From NCBI GenBank assembly GCA_002269645.1, contig NIVC01004210.1:1-55001 (forward strand): a stretch of DNA of 55,001 nt. The letters are read 5' to 3'. The notes below the pieces were generated by a model that was not told where the DNA came from, made no database searches, and worked only from the letters and a program-made list of their open reading frames with translations. This document shows, one piece after another, positions 54,545 to 55,001 of this stretch. Made by a program: the position numbers and the translations under genes. This DNA comes from Macrostomum lignano (lineage: Eukaryota). Numbering within the stretch: the first letter of the stretch is position 1; every line of letters starts with the position of its first letter.

Positions 54545-54800
54545 TGAGATGTCAAGGCTTACGGGGGCATTGCTGAGGTGTCAAGGCTTACGGGGGGCAT
54601 TGCTGAGGTGTCAAGGCTTACGGGGGGTATTGCTGAGATGTCAAGGCTTACGGGGGGTATTGCTGAGGTGTCAAGGCTTACGGGGGTATTGCTGAGGTGT
54701 CAAGGCTTACGGGGGGTATTGCTGAGGTGTCAAGGCTTACGGGGGATTGCTGAGGTGTCAAGGCTTACGGGGGGTATTGCTGAGGTGTCAAGGCCTATTG
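54545..54800. repeat. ~30-bp minisatellite
   Basis: Unit ttgctgaggtgtcaaggcttacggggggta. Confidence 0.9.
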
Positions 54801-55001
54801 GGGATAATACTGAGTGTCAAGGCTCACGCAAATAAATTTTGTCCATTGCTTATTGGCCATCCCGAAGGGGGCACTAGATTGCTAATTTCTTTCTATATAT
54901 TTAATAAACTTACCAAACTAAAATTACACAAGCACCATTAATTGTAGCAATCAATGCTACATACATGTTTAGGCAAATATTCAGTGTTTATATTACTTAA
55001 G

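Overview
Eukaryotic (invertebrate animal) genomic DNA with very dense, diverse minisatellites. The style suggests a flatworm such as Macrostomum, but that is inference only. About 1.3-14.0 kb is a near-complete endogenous Polinton/Maverick (adintovirus-type) element. It has a + strand protein-primed DNA polymerase B facing a tightly packed - strand cassette: tandem-PC4 protein, chromodomain rve integrase, penton, basic core protein, double-jelly-roll major capsid, adenain-like protease, packaging ATPase, two conserved Polinton proteins, a DnaQ-like protein and, most unusually, a divergent TATA-binding protein (TBP). The right terminus (ACTACT) is at 14006; the left terminus is not visible. Nine frameshifts, eight of them single-base losses and none accompanied by an in-frame stop, fall in the left half of the element. 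Most cassette genes have a 3' splice-site-like sequence just before the ATG. Host genes are the 3' eight exons of a polycystin-1-family (PKD1L-like) channel gene (+), a C10orf88/PAAT-like gene (-), ZC4H2 (+) and RPL22 (-). Other mobile DNA includes a deleted Harbinger with CTG TSD, a Tc1 remnant, a fold-back MITE, a 300-bp MITE family linked to a 21-bp minisatellite, and a 2.2-kb solo LTR with CATT TSD. No rRNA, tRNA or CRISPR array was recognised.
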